Both the position numbers and the translations under genes were made by a program. Shown one piece after another: positions 16,219-25,520 of a stretch of 64,000 nucleotides of DNA. This DNA is from an uncultured Acidobacteriaceae bacterium (GTDB lineage: Bacteria > Acidobacteriota > Terriglobia > Terriglobales > Acidobacteriaceae), in assembly GCA_963710875.1 (NCBI GenBank), contig CAVQBW010000005.1, positions 272,577 to 336,576 on the forward strand. The letters run 5' to 3'. The notes beneath the pieces were generated by a model. That model saw only the letters and a program-made list of their open reading frames with translations. It was not told the DNA's origin and did no database searches. Position 1 is the first letter of the stretch, and every line of letters starts with the position of its first letter.

Positions 16219-17742
16219 ATGGTAATAGCGCGGCAGGGGAAGTGTGCAAATCTGAAGAAATGTCCGGTGTCCAGAACAAATGAGATTCATACGATCCCAG
16301 CGGGCTCGGATTTCGACTGTCCGGTATGCGGACAAGAATTGCAGGAAATTGCAGCCAAGGCCCGGCCGAAACCCATTCGGTCCATTCATGTAGCGGCGGC
16401 AGTTTTGCTGTTGCTCGTTGGTGGGCTTGCCATCTCAAAGAACTGGATCAAGCTGCCGTTGCGGGTTAATGCTGCCGATTCAATGAGAGGGGAGAACACG
16501 ATCCTTCGATTGTCAGGCTCCAACACCATCGGAGAGACCCTGATGCCCGCGCTGGCCGAGGCTTTCCTAAAAAGTCGCGGAGCCACGGGTGTCCATACGG
16601 TTGACGGGTCCAAGGCCCAGGAGAAGTTCGTTCTAGGCACACTGCCTGGCGATACAGTCCCTTCGTCGATTCGAGTTGCGGCGCATGGTTCGGCAACCGC
16701 CTTCACCTCTCTGGCTGACAACAGTTGCGACATCGGCATGGCGTCCAGGCGAATCAAGCCGGATGAAGCGTCCAAGCTCTCGTCACTGGGCGACATGCTT
16801 TCTCCCACGAACGAACATATCGTGGGCCTGGATGGTATCGCCGTAATTGTCAATTCAGCCAATCCTCTTAACGAGCTCTCCAAAGACGAAATCATGCGCA
16901 TCTTCACGGGTGAATCAGCCGACTGGCCCAAGGGTTCCCTTGGAAGAGTCACGGTGTATGCCAGAGACGATAAATCCGGAACCTACGACACTTTCAAGAG
17001 CCTCGTTCTTGCTGGGAAACCATTGTCGGCTGCTGCCAAGCGCTTCGAGAACAGCGATGAGCTATCGGATGCTGTTGCCAACGATCCCAATGGAATCGGA
17101 TTCATCGGCCTTCCTTTCGTTCATAGCGCCAAACCCCTGGCAGTCTCGGAGAAGGGAACGCGGGCGCTGTTGCCTACCAAGTTGACGGTTGCCACCGAAG
17201 ACTATTCACTCTCCAGAAGACTCTATCTCTACACTCCCGCCACCCCCGCCAATCAGCTCACGCGGCCTTTCATTGACTTTGTTCTTTCAAAGCAAGGTCA
17301 AGACCTGGTTGCTGAAAACGGATTCGTTGCCCAGAATATTGCGAAGGAATCGCAAGCTGTCGCCGAAGATGCACCGGCCGACTATAAGAAGTTGACGCAG
17401 AACGCAGAGCGTCTTTCTTTGGACTTCAGGTTTCAGGCTGGTCAATCATTGCAGGACAACAAAGCTCAAGTTGATATGGACAGGGTTGTGTCTATGATTT
17501 TTGATCAAGGGGCAACGGGACAAAAGATCTTGCTGCTCGGATTTGCCGACAGCGTCGGCAGCAACGCCTCGAATCAAGCTCTTTCGCTGAACAGGGCCAG
17601 GATTATCGAAAGCGAACTTGTCCGGCGTGGCCTGAAACCCGCAGTGGTTCGGGGGTTTGGCTCCGAGCTTCCAGTGGCTTCGAACGACACAGCCGATGGC
17701 CGCGAGAAGAACCGGCGCGTTGAGATCTGGATCGAAAACTGA
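16219..17742 (+). CDS. Zn-ribbon / TM / PstS-like periplasmic binding domain / OmpA-like peptidoglycan-binding protein, copy 2
   Basis: CANLKKC...CPVC, TM, LSGSNTIG, RDDKSGT, YSLSRRLYLY and GFADSVGS...NRRVEI; AGGAG RBS. Confidence 0.88.
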   Translation: MVIARQGKCANLKKCPVSRTNEIHTIPAGSDFDCPVCGQELQEIAAKARPKPIRSIHVAAAVLLLLVGGLAISKNWIKLPLRVNAADSMRGENTILRLSGSNTIGETLMPALAEAFLKSRGATGVHTVDGSKAQEKFVLGTLPGDTVPSSIRVAAHGSATAFTSLADNSCDIGMASRRIKPDEASKLSSLGDMLSPTNEHIVGLDGIAVIVNSANPLNELSKDEIMRIFTGESADWPKGSLGRVTVYARDDKSGTYDTFKSLVLAGKPLSAAAKRFENSDELSDAVANDPNGIGFIGLPFVHSAKPLAVSEKGTRALLPTKLTVATEDYSLSRRLYLYTPATPANQLTRPFIDFVLSKQGQDLVAENGFVAQNIAKESQAVAEDAPADYKKLTQNAERLSLDFRFQAGQSLQDNKAQVDMDRVVSMIFDQGATGQKILLLGFADSVGSNASNQALSLNRARIIESELVRRGLKPAVVRGFGSELPVASNDTADGREKNRRVEIWIEN

Positions 17743-17823
17743 TGCGGCTGGGCCGCGATTGGCGCGTCCGGCTCCGCAGGGAGCGAGGATCAAAACGCCA
17801 ATCGCGGTATACTCAGAATTGTT

Positions 17824-19143
17824 ATGGCAACCGAAAAAACCTTCTACCTTGAGACCTTCGGCTGCCAGATGAATGCCCATGACTCGGAGAAGGTCATTGG
17901 CACATTGCAGCAGCAGGGCTACCGGCAGGTCGAGTCGGAAGAGGAAGCCGGCCTGATTCTCTACAACACCTGTTCGATTCGCGACAAGGCGGAGCAGAAG
18001 GTCTTCCACCGGCTGGATGAGTACAAGCGGCAGCAGAGGATGGGGAAGCGCTTCGGCGTGCTGGGTTGCGTGGCGCAGCAGGAGGGAGAAAAGATCTTCG
18101 AGCGAGCGCCTTACGTGTCGCTGGTTTCGGGATCGGCGTCCTACCGCAAGCTGCCCGAGATGCTGGCGCGCCTTGAGGCCGGCGAGACGCGCGTCACCGG
18201 CCTGGACGACAGGCAGACCGACGAAACCTTCGAGACCGAGTTCACGGCCCGCAAGAATCCCTATCGCGGCTACATCACCATCATCGAGGGCTGCGACAAA
18301 TTCTGCTCCTATTGCGTGGTGCCGTACACGCGGGGCAAAGAGCGCAGCCGCGGCTCGGACTCCGTGTTCGCCGAGGCGCGGCGCATCGCCGACCTGGGTT
18401 ATACCGAGATTCAGCTCCTGGGCCAGAACGTGAACAGCTACCGCGACCCGGAAGGGAAGCGCAGCTTCGCGGAACTGCTGGCCGCCGTGGGAGAAGTTTC
18501 AGGCATTCGCCGCGTGCGTTTCACCACCAGCCACCCGCGCGATTTCACCCGCGACATCGTCGAAGCCATCGATGCGGTGCCTACTCTCTGCAACCACGTG
18601 CATCTGCCCGTCCAGTCCGGCTCCTCGCGAATCCTCAAGCTGATGGCTCGCGAGTATACGCGCGATTGGTACCTGGAGCGGATCGCTTGGATCAAGGCCG
18701 CGCGCCGCCCCATCTCGATCTCGACAGATATAATCGTCGGATTTCCCGGCGAGACCGCGGAGGATTTCATCCAGACTATGGACCTTCTTGCCGAGGTCGA
18801 GTACGATTGCGTCTTCGGCTTCAAGTACTCGGGCCGGCCCAACACTCCGGCATTGACCATGATTGATTCCATCCCGGACGGCGAGAAAGCTGCCAGACTT
18901 CAATTAGTGCTTGACCGCCAACGGGAGATTCAAAGGATCAATTATGCCAGGCATCTGGGAGAGATATTGGAAGTTATGGTCGAAGGCTCGAACCCGGCGC
19001 GAGGGCAGATTATCGGACGTAGTAGCCAGAACAAGCCGGTCAACTTCACCTGTGCGCAGCCCATCGATCCCGCGCCAGGCAGCTACAAGCTGGTAAGGAT
19101 TACCGCGACCCATCCGAACAGCTTGACAGGCATTGCAGTCTAA
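17824..19143 (+). CDS. miaB: tRNA-2-methylthio-N6-dimethylallyladenosine synthase
   Basis: ETFGCQMNAHDSE, radical SAM CDKFCSYC and C-terminal TRAM domain. Confidence 0.96.
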   Translation: MATEKTFYLETFGCQMNAHDSEKVIGTLQQQGYRQVESEEEAGLILYNTCSIRDKAEQKVFHRLDEYKRQQRMGKRFGVLGCVAQQEGEKIFERAPYVSLVSGSASYRKLPEMLARLEAGETRVTGLDDRQTDETFETEFTARKNPYRGYITIIEGCDKFCSYCVVPYTRGKERSRGSDSVFAEARRIADLGYTEIQLLGQNVNSYRDPEGKRSFAELLAAVGEVSGIRRVRFTTSHPRDFTRDIVEAIDAVPTLCNHVHLPVQSGSSRILKLMAREYTRDWYLERIAWIKAARRPISISTDIIVGFPGETAEDFIQTMDLLAEVEYDCVFGFKYSGRPNTPALTMIDSIPDGEKAARLQLVLDRQREIQRINYARHLGEILEVMVEGSNPARGQIIGRSSQNKPVNFTCAQPIDPAPGSYKLVRITATHPNSLTGIAV

Positions 19144-19172
19144 GATTTAGGGCAACAAAGGGAGGGGGATCC

Positions 19173-19661
19173 ATGGAAATCGAGGTGCGAATACGCGGAT
19201 TGATGATGGACCCGGCGACAAGCATGCCGATCGTTGTGCTCAAGGACATCGCTTCAGAGACGGTGATGCCCATCTGGGTGGGGATCTTTGAGGCCAATGC
19301 AATTGCGATCGAAATCGAGAAGGTAGCGGCGCCACGCCCTATGACCCACGATCTGACCAGAAACCTTATTCAACACTTGAACGCCAAACTGGAAAAGATA
19401 GTAATTACTGAACTTAAAGATGATACATTTTTCGCGCACTTGTGGCTCCGGCAGAACGATGAACCTCTCGTTGTCGATGCGCGGCCGTCCGACGCGATCG
19501 CTCTGGCGCTGCGCGCCGATTGCCCGATCTACGTGACGGAAGAGGTGATGCAGACCGCCAAGCTGAACACCTCGGGTCCCCCCGAAGGCCCCACGGCCGA
19601 GCAGTTGCGCGGCTGGTTGGAGGGCCTGAATGACGAAGATCTAGGGCGCTATAAGATGTAA
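19173..19661 (+). CDS. Bifunctional nuclease family protein (DUF151)
   Basis: PIWVGIFEANAI, RPMTHDL and DARPSDAIALALR motifs. Confidence 0.92.
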   Translation: MEIEVRIRGLMMDPATSMPIVVLKDIASETVMPIWVGIFEANAIAIEIEKVAAPRPMTHDLTRNLIQHLNAKLEKIVITELKDDTFFAHLWLRQNDEPLVVDARPSDAIALALRADCPIYVTEEVMQTAKLNTSGPPEGPTAEQLRGWLEGLNDEDLGRYKM

Positions 19662-19675
19662 CCGCCGGAGGAAGA

Positions 19676-19993
19676 ATGCCCGAAGAGGCAACTTGCAGCT
19701 CCATCGAAGAGGTTCGCGCAAATATCGACCGGATCGACCGGCAGCTCGTTCAACTGCTCGCCGAGTGCGGCGGTTATGTGAAGCAGGCAGTCCAGTTCAA
19801 GAAGACGGCAGAGGATGTGAGAGCGCCGCAACGCGTCGAACAGGTGATTGAAAAGGTGAAGGCTCTCGCTGAGGAACTGGGAGCGGATCCGTTTGTCACA
19901 GAGCAAGTTTACCGGACGATGATCCGCGCTTTCATCGACGCGGAGATGGCTGCACTCGCCGCAAGGCCGGGGAGCGCGCACGGGAAGTGCTGA
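19676..19993 (+). CDS. Monofunctional AroQ/PchB-like chorismate mutase family protein
   Basis: EVRANIDRIDRQLVQLLAE...K...APQRVEQV pattern; the usual LLAER Arg is Cys here. Confidence 0.85.
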   Translation: MPEEATCSSIEEVRANIDRIDRQLVQLLAECGGYVKQAVQFKKTAEDVRAPQRVEQVIEKVKALAEELGADPFVTEQVYRTMIRAFIDAEMAALAARPGSAHGKC

Positions 19994-20228
19994 ACGTCCT
20001 GTGAATTCAGGCATGCAAACCGCTTCAGATGGCCGGGAAATAGCCAGCGGTTGTGGCCGGCTATCAGTATACAGAATATACGTTATCAGACGTTGCGGTT
20101 CTCTGATTCTGGAACAATGGAAGCCTGCCGGCACGAGATTGGCAATCGCCAGCGTGTTCGTGCTTCGAAGGCGCCGCATCCAGCAGGGCTGCCGCGAATC
20201 AAAGAATTTGTCAGGAGCAACGCCTTCA

Positions 20229-21191
20229 ATGAAATGTGCACTCGTAGAGAGTTACGGCCGTGCGCCGCGCTATGGACAGTTCCGGGACCCTGTGGCACAA
20301 CAAGATGGGCGACGATTGGTGGCAGTTCGTGCGGCAGCGCTCACTCCGCTTGCAAAGAGCATCGCTGCCGGCAAACACTACAGCAGCAGCAATAGCCTCC
20401 CCTTCGTGCCGGGGGTGGACGGCGCAGGCCGGCTTGAAGACGGGCGGCGCGTTTGCTTTTCCTTTCCGCCATCACCCTTCGGATCGATGGCCGAGAAGTC
20501 GGTGGTGGAAGCATCCAAGTGCGTTCCGATTCCGGATGAGCTGGACGATCTGACCGCGGCAGCGGCGGTGAATCCCGGCATGTCGTCGTGGGCTGCGTTG
20601 ACCGAACGTGCGGAATTTGTGGCGGGCGAAAGCGTCCTGATCAACGGAGCGACCGGTGCGGCCGGCCGCCTCTCCATTCAAATCGCAAAATTCCTGGGTG
20701 CAAAGACGGTGATTGTAACCGGCCGCAATCAGGCCGGCGTGGTGCCGCTCGCCGCCTTAGGCGCCGACGTTCTTATCCCGCTGGATGAGGAGCCAGGAAA
20801 ACTGACCGAGACATTTCGCCGCACGATCAGGGAGTCGGGCGTTAGCGTGATTCTCGACTATTTGTGGGGCGCGTCGGCCGAGAGCATCATCAACGCGATC
20901 TCAGGGCATGGATCAGTCATGGGCGAACCGCCGATTCGATTTGTGCAGATTGGATCGATAACCGCGGAGGCCCTCACTCTGCCGGCGAACGCTCTGCGCA
21001 GCTCCGGACTGAAACTGATGGGCAGCGGGCTGGGTAGCGTCTCAAATGCAGGACTGATTCGGTCGATTGGAGGGCTGATGAACGCGATCGTGCCCGGCAA
21101 ATTCCGCGTTGATGCTGAGCCGGTCCAGCTCAGCGAGGTGGAAAGCGCATGGAACCGCGATGCAAGTGGCCGAATCGTGCTGGCCGTCTGA
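20229..21191 (+). CDS. MDR-family quinone oxidoreductase / zinc-type alcohol dehydrogenase-like protein
   Basis: PFVPGVDGAG and VLINGATGAAG nucleotide-binding motif; start reassigned to ATG 20229 with a CAGGAG RBS. Confidence 0.88.
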   Translation: MKCALVESYGRAPRYGQFRDPVAQQDGRRLVAVRAAALTPLAKSIAAGKHYSSSNSLPFVPGVDGAGRLEDGRRVCFSFPPSPFGSMAEKSVVEASKCVPIPDELDDLTAAAAVNPGMSSWAALTERAEFVAGESVLINGATGAAGRLSIQIAKFLGAKTVIVTGRNQAGVVPLAALGADVLIPLDEEPGKLTETFRRTIRESGVSVILDYLWGASAESIINAISGHGSVMGEPPIRFVQIGSITAEALTLPANALRSSGLKLMGSGLGSVSNAGLIRSIGGLMNAIVPGKFRVDAEPVQLSEVESAWNRDASGRIVLAV

Positions 21192-21247
21192 GCCTGGAAC
21201 TGGCCCGTTGCACCCAGTTTGTAGTTTGATCGCGGCTATGGATTGAT

Positions 21248-21321
21248 TGGCTGGCCCTCAGGGAGTCGAACCCCGATATGCTGCTCCAGAGGCAGCTGTC
21301 CTACCATTGAACGAAGGGCCA
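21248..21321 (-). tRNA. tRNA-Gln(CTG)
   Basis: Minus strand TGGCCCT...AGGGCCA-G-CCA acceptor stem, anticodon arm GCTGC-CTCTGGA-GCAGC and GGTTCGACTCC T-arm. Confidence 0.95.
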
Positions 21322-21437
21322 ACATGTAAGCATCGGTGAGATAAGCGGCCTCATGCCGATCACTCAATCCAACTTGTACATCATAAGGGGATTCTCCGCC
21401 GCCGGTCAATTCCCTGCTGCGTCTTTCCGGGGCGCTG

Positions 21438-24122
21438 CTACTCCTCGCGCAGGACCTCCAGCGGCCGCAATCCCAGAATCCGGTAGCTCGCGATCCAGCC
21501 TGTCGCCGTGGCCAAGATTGCCGTGCCGGCCAGCGCGATCAGCGTAGCTCCCCATTCGATGTGAAATCCCACTTCGAGCTTGCGCAGCAGCACCCGCGTC
21601 AGCAAATTCGCAAAAACCACGCCCACCGATCCCGCCAGCAGGCCCAGGACGCTAAACTCGACGCTGAAGGTGCGTACGATACGCATTCGCGTGGCTCCCA
21701 GAGTCTTCAATACCACCGCCTCGCGCATCCGCCGGAAGCGCGTGCTGGCAACGCTCGAAGCCAGAATCATCAATCCCGCGAAGATCGAGAATCCGGCCAG
21801 AAACCGCACCACAAACGTGATCTGATCGACTACACTCTCGATCCGTTCGAGCACATCGGCCAGGCTGATGACCGACACCGTGGGATAGGCCGCGAAGAGC
21901 GCCCGTTCCATCGTTGCCACCTGCTTCGGATCGACGTGCGCGCCGCCGTACCAGGTGGCCGGCTCATCCTTGAGCAACCCAGACGGAAGAACGAACGCGA
22001 CCTGCGCCCCCAGGTGCTGCCCATCGGCGCGATAGATGGCGCCGACCTTGAGCGCCCGCACCGTTCCGCCGATCTCCAATTCCACGCTAGAGCCTACGCC
22101 CAGATGCAGCCGCTGAGCCACGCCCTCGGCAACGGCAAACTCAGTCGCGCCTCCTCCACTCCACCACTTCCCTTGCGTCACCTTATCGCCTTCGGGAGCC
22201 GCATCGGCCCAACTCAGCCGCGCGTTTTCAAGCATCCGCTGCGGGAAGTGCTCGCCCTTGAGCTGCTCCACCGGCTTTCCGTTGAGCGAGACAAACCGCC
22301 CAGTCACGACCGGCATCAGATCAAGACCCTGACCCGTCGCCTGGCTCACTCCCGGCTGGCGGGCAAAGAACTCCTTGACGTCTGCAACCTCGTCGCTGGC
22401 GACATCGATGAGAAAGATGTTGGGCAGCTTGGGCGAGGCCGTCTCGCGCAGGTCGCGCAAGAGCGACGCCTGCATCAGGTAGACGGCCAGAATCAGCATG
22501 ACGCCGGTGCCCAGCGCGGCCAGCACCGCCGCCGACTGATTGCCTGGCCGGTAAAGATTGGCCAGCCCCTGGCGCAGGAACGAAGGCAGCCGCAGCCGCA
22601 CGCGATTGAGCAGGAAGCGCAGCGTCCAGAGCGCCACGGCGGCCAGCACGAGCAGGACAATCAGCGCGGCGCTGAACAGAGCAGCGAACCATGCGCCTAC
22701 CTTGGCGGAGTCCGAGAGTGCCCAGGCAATTCCACCCAGCGCAAGGACTACGATCGCCGAAAGCCCCAGTTGCAGCCGCCGCGCCCACCAACGCGCGAGC
22801 CAGGCTTCGACTGTCGCCAACATTCTAGCCAACGCTCTCCAGGCAAATCTTGGGAGCACACGCCGCACAATGTAGATGACCATTGACCGCTCAATAAAAT
22901 CTTCAACGTCCACTACTGACCCCTGCTCTACAAGCCTCCGCAAGACCAGCACAGGCCGCACGGCGCGCACATCCAACAACGGCGGCAGGCAAAAGAGCAG
23001 CGTGGTCAGGAGCCCGGTTCCCAGTCCGGCGGCGACCGACTCCCAGGGAAACTCGATATGCGCGTGAATTGGCAGCAGATTGCCAAAGACGGCCGGCAGC
23101 GCGGCCATCACGCCTACACCGGCGGCCACGCCCAGCAGACCTCCGGCCAGCCCCAGAGCCAAAGTCTGAAGCAGGAAAATCCGCAGCAGATCGCTCGACC
23201 CCGCGCCAACGGCCTTCAGAATAGCCAGCATATCCATGCGCTGTTCGAGATGCGCGTGCATGGCCATGGCTACGCCGATGGCTCCCAGCACCATCGCCAC
23301 CAAACAGATCAGGCTCAGAATCGCCGTCGCGTTATCCAGCCCGTGGGTCAGTGCGGGGTTGCCCTCGCGATAGTCCATCACCTGCGCGTCGGGCAGCGCG
23401 GCCTCAAACTGCTTGCGCAGCGCGACAAGATCTGTTGGATGCTTGCTCTGCTCTGGCAGCTTGACCAGCAGCCGCTGGCTGGCGCGGCTGCCCGGCGCGA
23501 TGAGGCCCGTCCGGGCAAGCGCCGCCTGCGAGATCATCACGCGCGGCCCCAGTCCCCCTCCGGCAGTGATGCGATCCGGCTCCTGCTTGAGCACCGCGGT
23601 AATTCTGAATTCCCTGCCCCCCAGGCGCAGCGATTGGCCCACATGCGCGTTCAGCCGAATGAGAAACTCATCGGCCACCACCGCCGAGTCGCCCTCCAGA
23701 GCTTGCCGCAAACTCGTCGCCGGCTCTAGCTCGGCCTTGCCATAGTAGGGATACTCGCTCGGGTCCACGGCTTTAAGCGAAACCAGAAGCGGCACCGGGT
23801 CCGGCGGGACAGAGGCCATCGAGACGGTCTCCGTCACCCAGGTTGTCTGAAGCTTGTCCTGCTTGACGATGGCCGCGAGCTTGTTTGTCTCTTCCGCATC
23901 CGGCTGATGAAAGAGCCGCGCACTCAGGTCGCCGGCCATCAGCGAGCGCGCTTCTGTCGAGAGCGTGCGGCGGAAGCTGTCGCTGAAGCCGCGCACACCG
24001 ACCAGCGCCGCAACACCCACGGCGACCGAGAGCACCACAAAGCCGAATTTGGCCGGCGCGGAGCGCAGATCGCGCCAGCCGATGGCTGCGGCCCTTTTCC
24101 AGCTCAGTGCGCGCTTAGCCAT
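21438..24122 (-). CDS. ABC transporter permease, YbbP-like (two FtsX modules)
   Basis: Multi-TM protein; EARSLMAGDLS, AILKAVGA and VVLKTLGATR FtsX motifs; start at MAKRALSW overlapping the ATPase stop. Confidence 0.9.
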   Translation of the reverse strand: MAKRALSWKRAAAIGWRDLRSAPAKFGFVVLSVAVGVAALVGVRGFSDSFRRTLSTEARSLMAGDLSARLFHQPDAEETNKLAAIVKQDKLQTTWVTETVSMASVPPDPVPLLVSLKAVDPSEYPYYGKAELEPATSLRQALEGDSAVVADEFLIRLNAHVGQSLRLGGREFRITAVLKQEPDRITAGGGLGPRVMISQAALARTGLIAPGSRASQRLLVKLPEQSKHPTDLVALRKQFEAALPDAQVMDYREGNPALTHGLDNATAILSLICLVAMVLGAIGVAMAMHAHLEQRMDMLAILKAVGAGSSDLLRIFLLQTLALGLAGGLLGVAAGVGVMAALPAVFGNLLPIHAHIEFPWESVAAGLGTGLLTTLLFCLPPLLDVRAVRPVLVLRRLVEQGSVVDVEDFIERSMVIYIVRRVLPRFAWRALARMLATVEAWLARWWARRLQLGLSAIVVLALGGIAWALSDSAKVGAWFAALFSAALIVLLVLAAVALWTLRFLLNRVRLRLPSFLRQGLANLYRPGNQSAAVLAALGTGVMLILAVYLMQASLLRDLRETASPKLPNIFLIDVASDEVADVKEFFARQPGVSQATGQGLDLMPVVTGRFVSLNGKPVEQLKGEHFPQRMLENARLSWADAAPEGDKVTQGKWWSGGGATEFAVAEGVAQRLHLGVGSSVELEIGGTVRALKVGAIYRADGQHLGAQVAFVLPSGLLKDEPATWYGGAHVDPKQVATMERALFAAYPTVSVISLADVLERIESVVDQITFVVRFLAGFSIFAGLMILASSVASTRFRRMREAVVLKTLGATRMRIVRTFSVEFSVLGLLAGSVGVVFANLLTRVLLRKLEVGFHIEWGATLIALAGTAILATATGWIASYRILGLRPLEVLREE

Positions 24123-24822
24123 TCTGCGCCTGCTCCGCGGCGGCAACAGCAAAAGGCAACGAATCCTCGACGATCAATCCGTCTTTGAGGACGATCTTGC
24201 GGTCGGCGCGGCTGGCCACCTCGGGGTCGTGCGTCACCAGCACCAGCGTAGTTCCCGCCTTGCGGTTGCGTTCGAGCAGCAGGTCCAGCACAAGCCGCCC
24301 GTTGACGGAGTCCAGGTTCCCAGTCGGCTCATCGGCCATCACGATCGGCGGCTCGACTACAAAGGCTCGCGCCAGCGCCACGCGCTGCTGCTCGCCGCCG
24401 GAGAGTTGCACAGGGTAGTGGTCCATGCGCTCCGCCAGGCCCACCTCGTCCAGCAGCCGCCGCGCCTGTTCGAGGCCGCTGCCCGCCAGATTCAGTTCAA
24501 AGGGGAGCAAGACGTTTTCGAGAGCCGTAAGGGTTTGAATCAGTTGGTAGGACTGGAAGACAAAGCCGATCTTGGCGCCGCGCACCGCGGCCAGTTCCCT
24601 TTCGGCGAGATTATGGATCGGCACGCCGTCGAGCCAGATCTCGCCGGAGCTGGGTGTGTCGAGGCCAGCCAGCAGGCCCAGCAGAGTGCTCTTGCCGCTG
24701 CCGCTCGCGCCGAGGATGGCGACAAACTGGCCGACCGGAATGGTCAGCGTAATCCCCTTCAGAATCTCCACGCGCCGCGCGCCGTTCTGAATCCACTTTT
24801 TCGCGTCACGAACCTCAATCAC
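24115..24822 (-). CDS. ABC transporter ATP-binding protein, YbbA/LolD-like
   Basis: GASGSGKST, LSGGEQQRV and ADEPTGNLD motifs. Confidence 0.95.
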   Translation of the reverse strand: MIEVRDAKKWIQNGARRVEILKGITLTIPVGQFVAILGASGSGKSTLLGLLAGLDTPSSGEIWLDGVPIHNLAERELAAVRGAKIGFVFQSYQLIQTLTALENVLLPFELNLAGSGLEQARRLLDEVGLAERMDHYPVQLSGGEQQRVALARAFVVEPPIVMADEPTGNLDSVNGRLVLDLLLERNRKAGTTLVLVTHDPEVASRADRKIVLKDGLIVEDSLPFAVAAAEQAQNG

Positions 24823-24869
24823 TCGTCCGGCCTCCGAATCGCCAAAATGTAGCGCCTAGTTCCCTGCCC

Positions 24870-24875
24870 TACACT
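24870..24875 (+). promoter_or_regulatory. -10 box for a probable leaderless tesA transcript
   Basis: TACACT then 6 nt then the GTG start; no SD sequence. Confidence 0.6.
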
Positions 24876-24881
24876 ATTGAT

Positions 24882-25514
24882 GTGTACGTTCGCCGATCCC
24901 TCTTTGTTTCGCTTTGGCTGATTCTTCTTGCGGCTCCGGCCCTGACCGCGCTAGAGAAGGCCGCCAAGCCGCTGCTCGTCTGCTATGGCGACAGCATCAC
25001 GGCTGGCTACGGCCTCCAGACCGGCCAATCCTTTCCCGATGCTCTGCAAAGAGACCTGAACGCCCAAGGCTATCGCTACAAAGTCAGCAACCAAGGCACA
25101 AGCGGCGCGACAACCAAGGATGCCGTTGCCGGTTTGAGCGTGATTCTGCGCATACGCCCGGAGATAGTGATCGTCGAGTTCGGCGGCAACGACGGCCTGC
25201 GAGGCCTGCCGCTCGACCAGACCCGCCACAATCTGGACACTGTGCTGACGGCGCTCGAGGCCGCCCACATCAAGATCCTGCTCGCCGGAATCACCCTTCC
25301 GCCTAACTATGGCCCGGATTACATCCGGCAATTCGATCAGATCTTCCGCGAACTGGCCCAAAAGCACCACGTCGCCCTCGTTCCCATGATCTATAAAAAC
25401 CTGGTCAACGTTCCGGGAACGATTCAGTCCGACGGCATCCATCCGACGGCTAAAGGCTCGGAGATCATCGCGCGAACGCTCTTGCCAGCGCTGACGCCGC
25501 TCTTGAAGAAGTAA
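24882..25514 (+). CDS. tesA: Arylesterase / acyl-CoA thioesterase I (SGNH/GDSL)
   Basis: GDSIT, GGNDG and DGIHP blocks; divergent from the ybbA/ybbP-like pair as in the enterobacterial locus. Confidence 0.88.
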   Translation: MYVRRSLFVSLWLILLAAPALTALEKAAKPLLVCYGDSITAGYGLQTGQSFPDALQRDLNAQGYRYKVSNQGTSGATTKDAVAGLSVILRIRPEIVIVEFGGNDGLRGLPLDQTRHNLDTVLTALEAAHIKILLAGITLPPNYGPDYIRQFDQIFRELAQKHHVALVPMIYKNLVNVPGTIQSDGIHPTAKGSEIIARTLLPALTPLLKK

Positions 25515-25520
25515 TCAGCT

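Noticed and set aside
14391-17742. Calling the OmpA-domain proteins MotB because they follow flgE
   Set aside because: No MotB TM Asp motif, no motA, and a whole PBP domain is inserted.
19994-20228. N-terminal extension of the MDR ORF, and a possible MarR remnant or GTATA-N5-TATAC operator
   Set aside because: The extension is non-homologous and the RBS supports 20229; the dyad is too short and no regulator ORF is recognisable.
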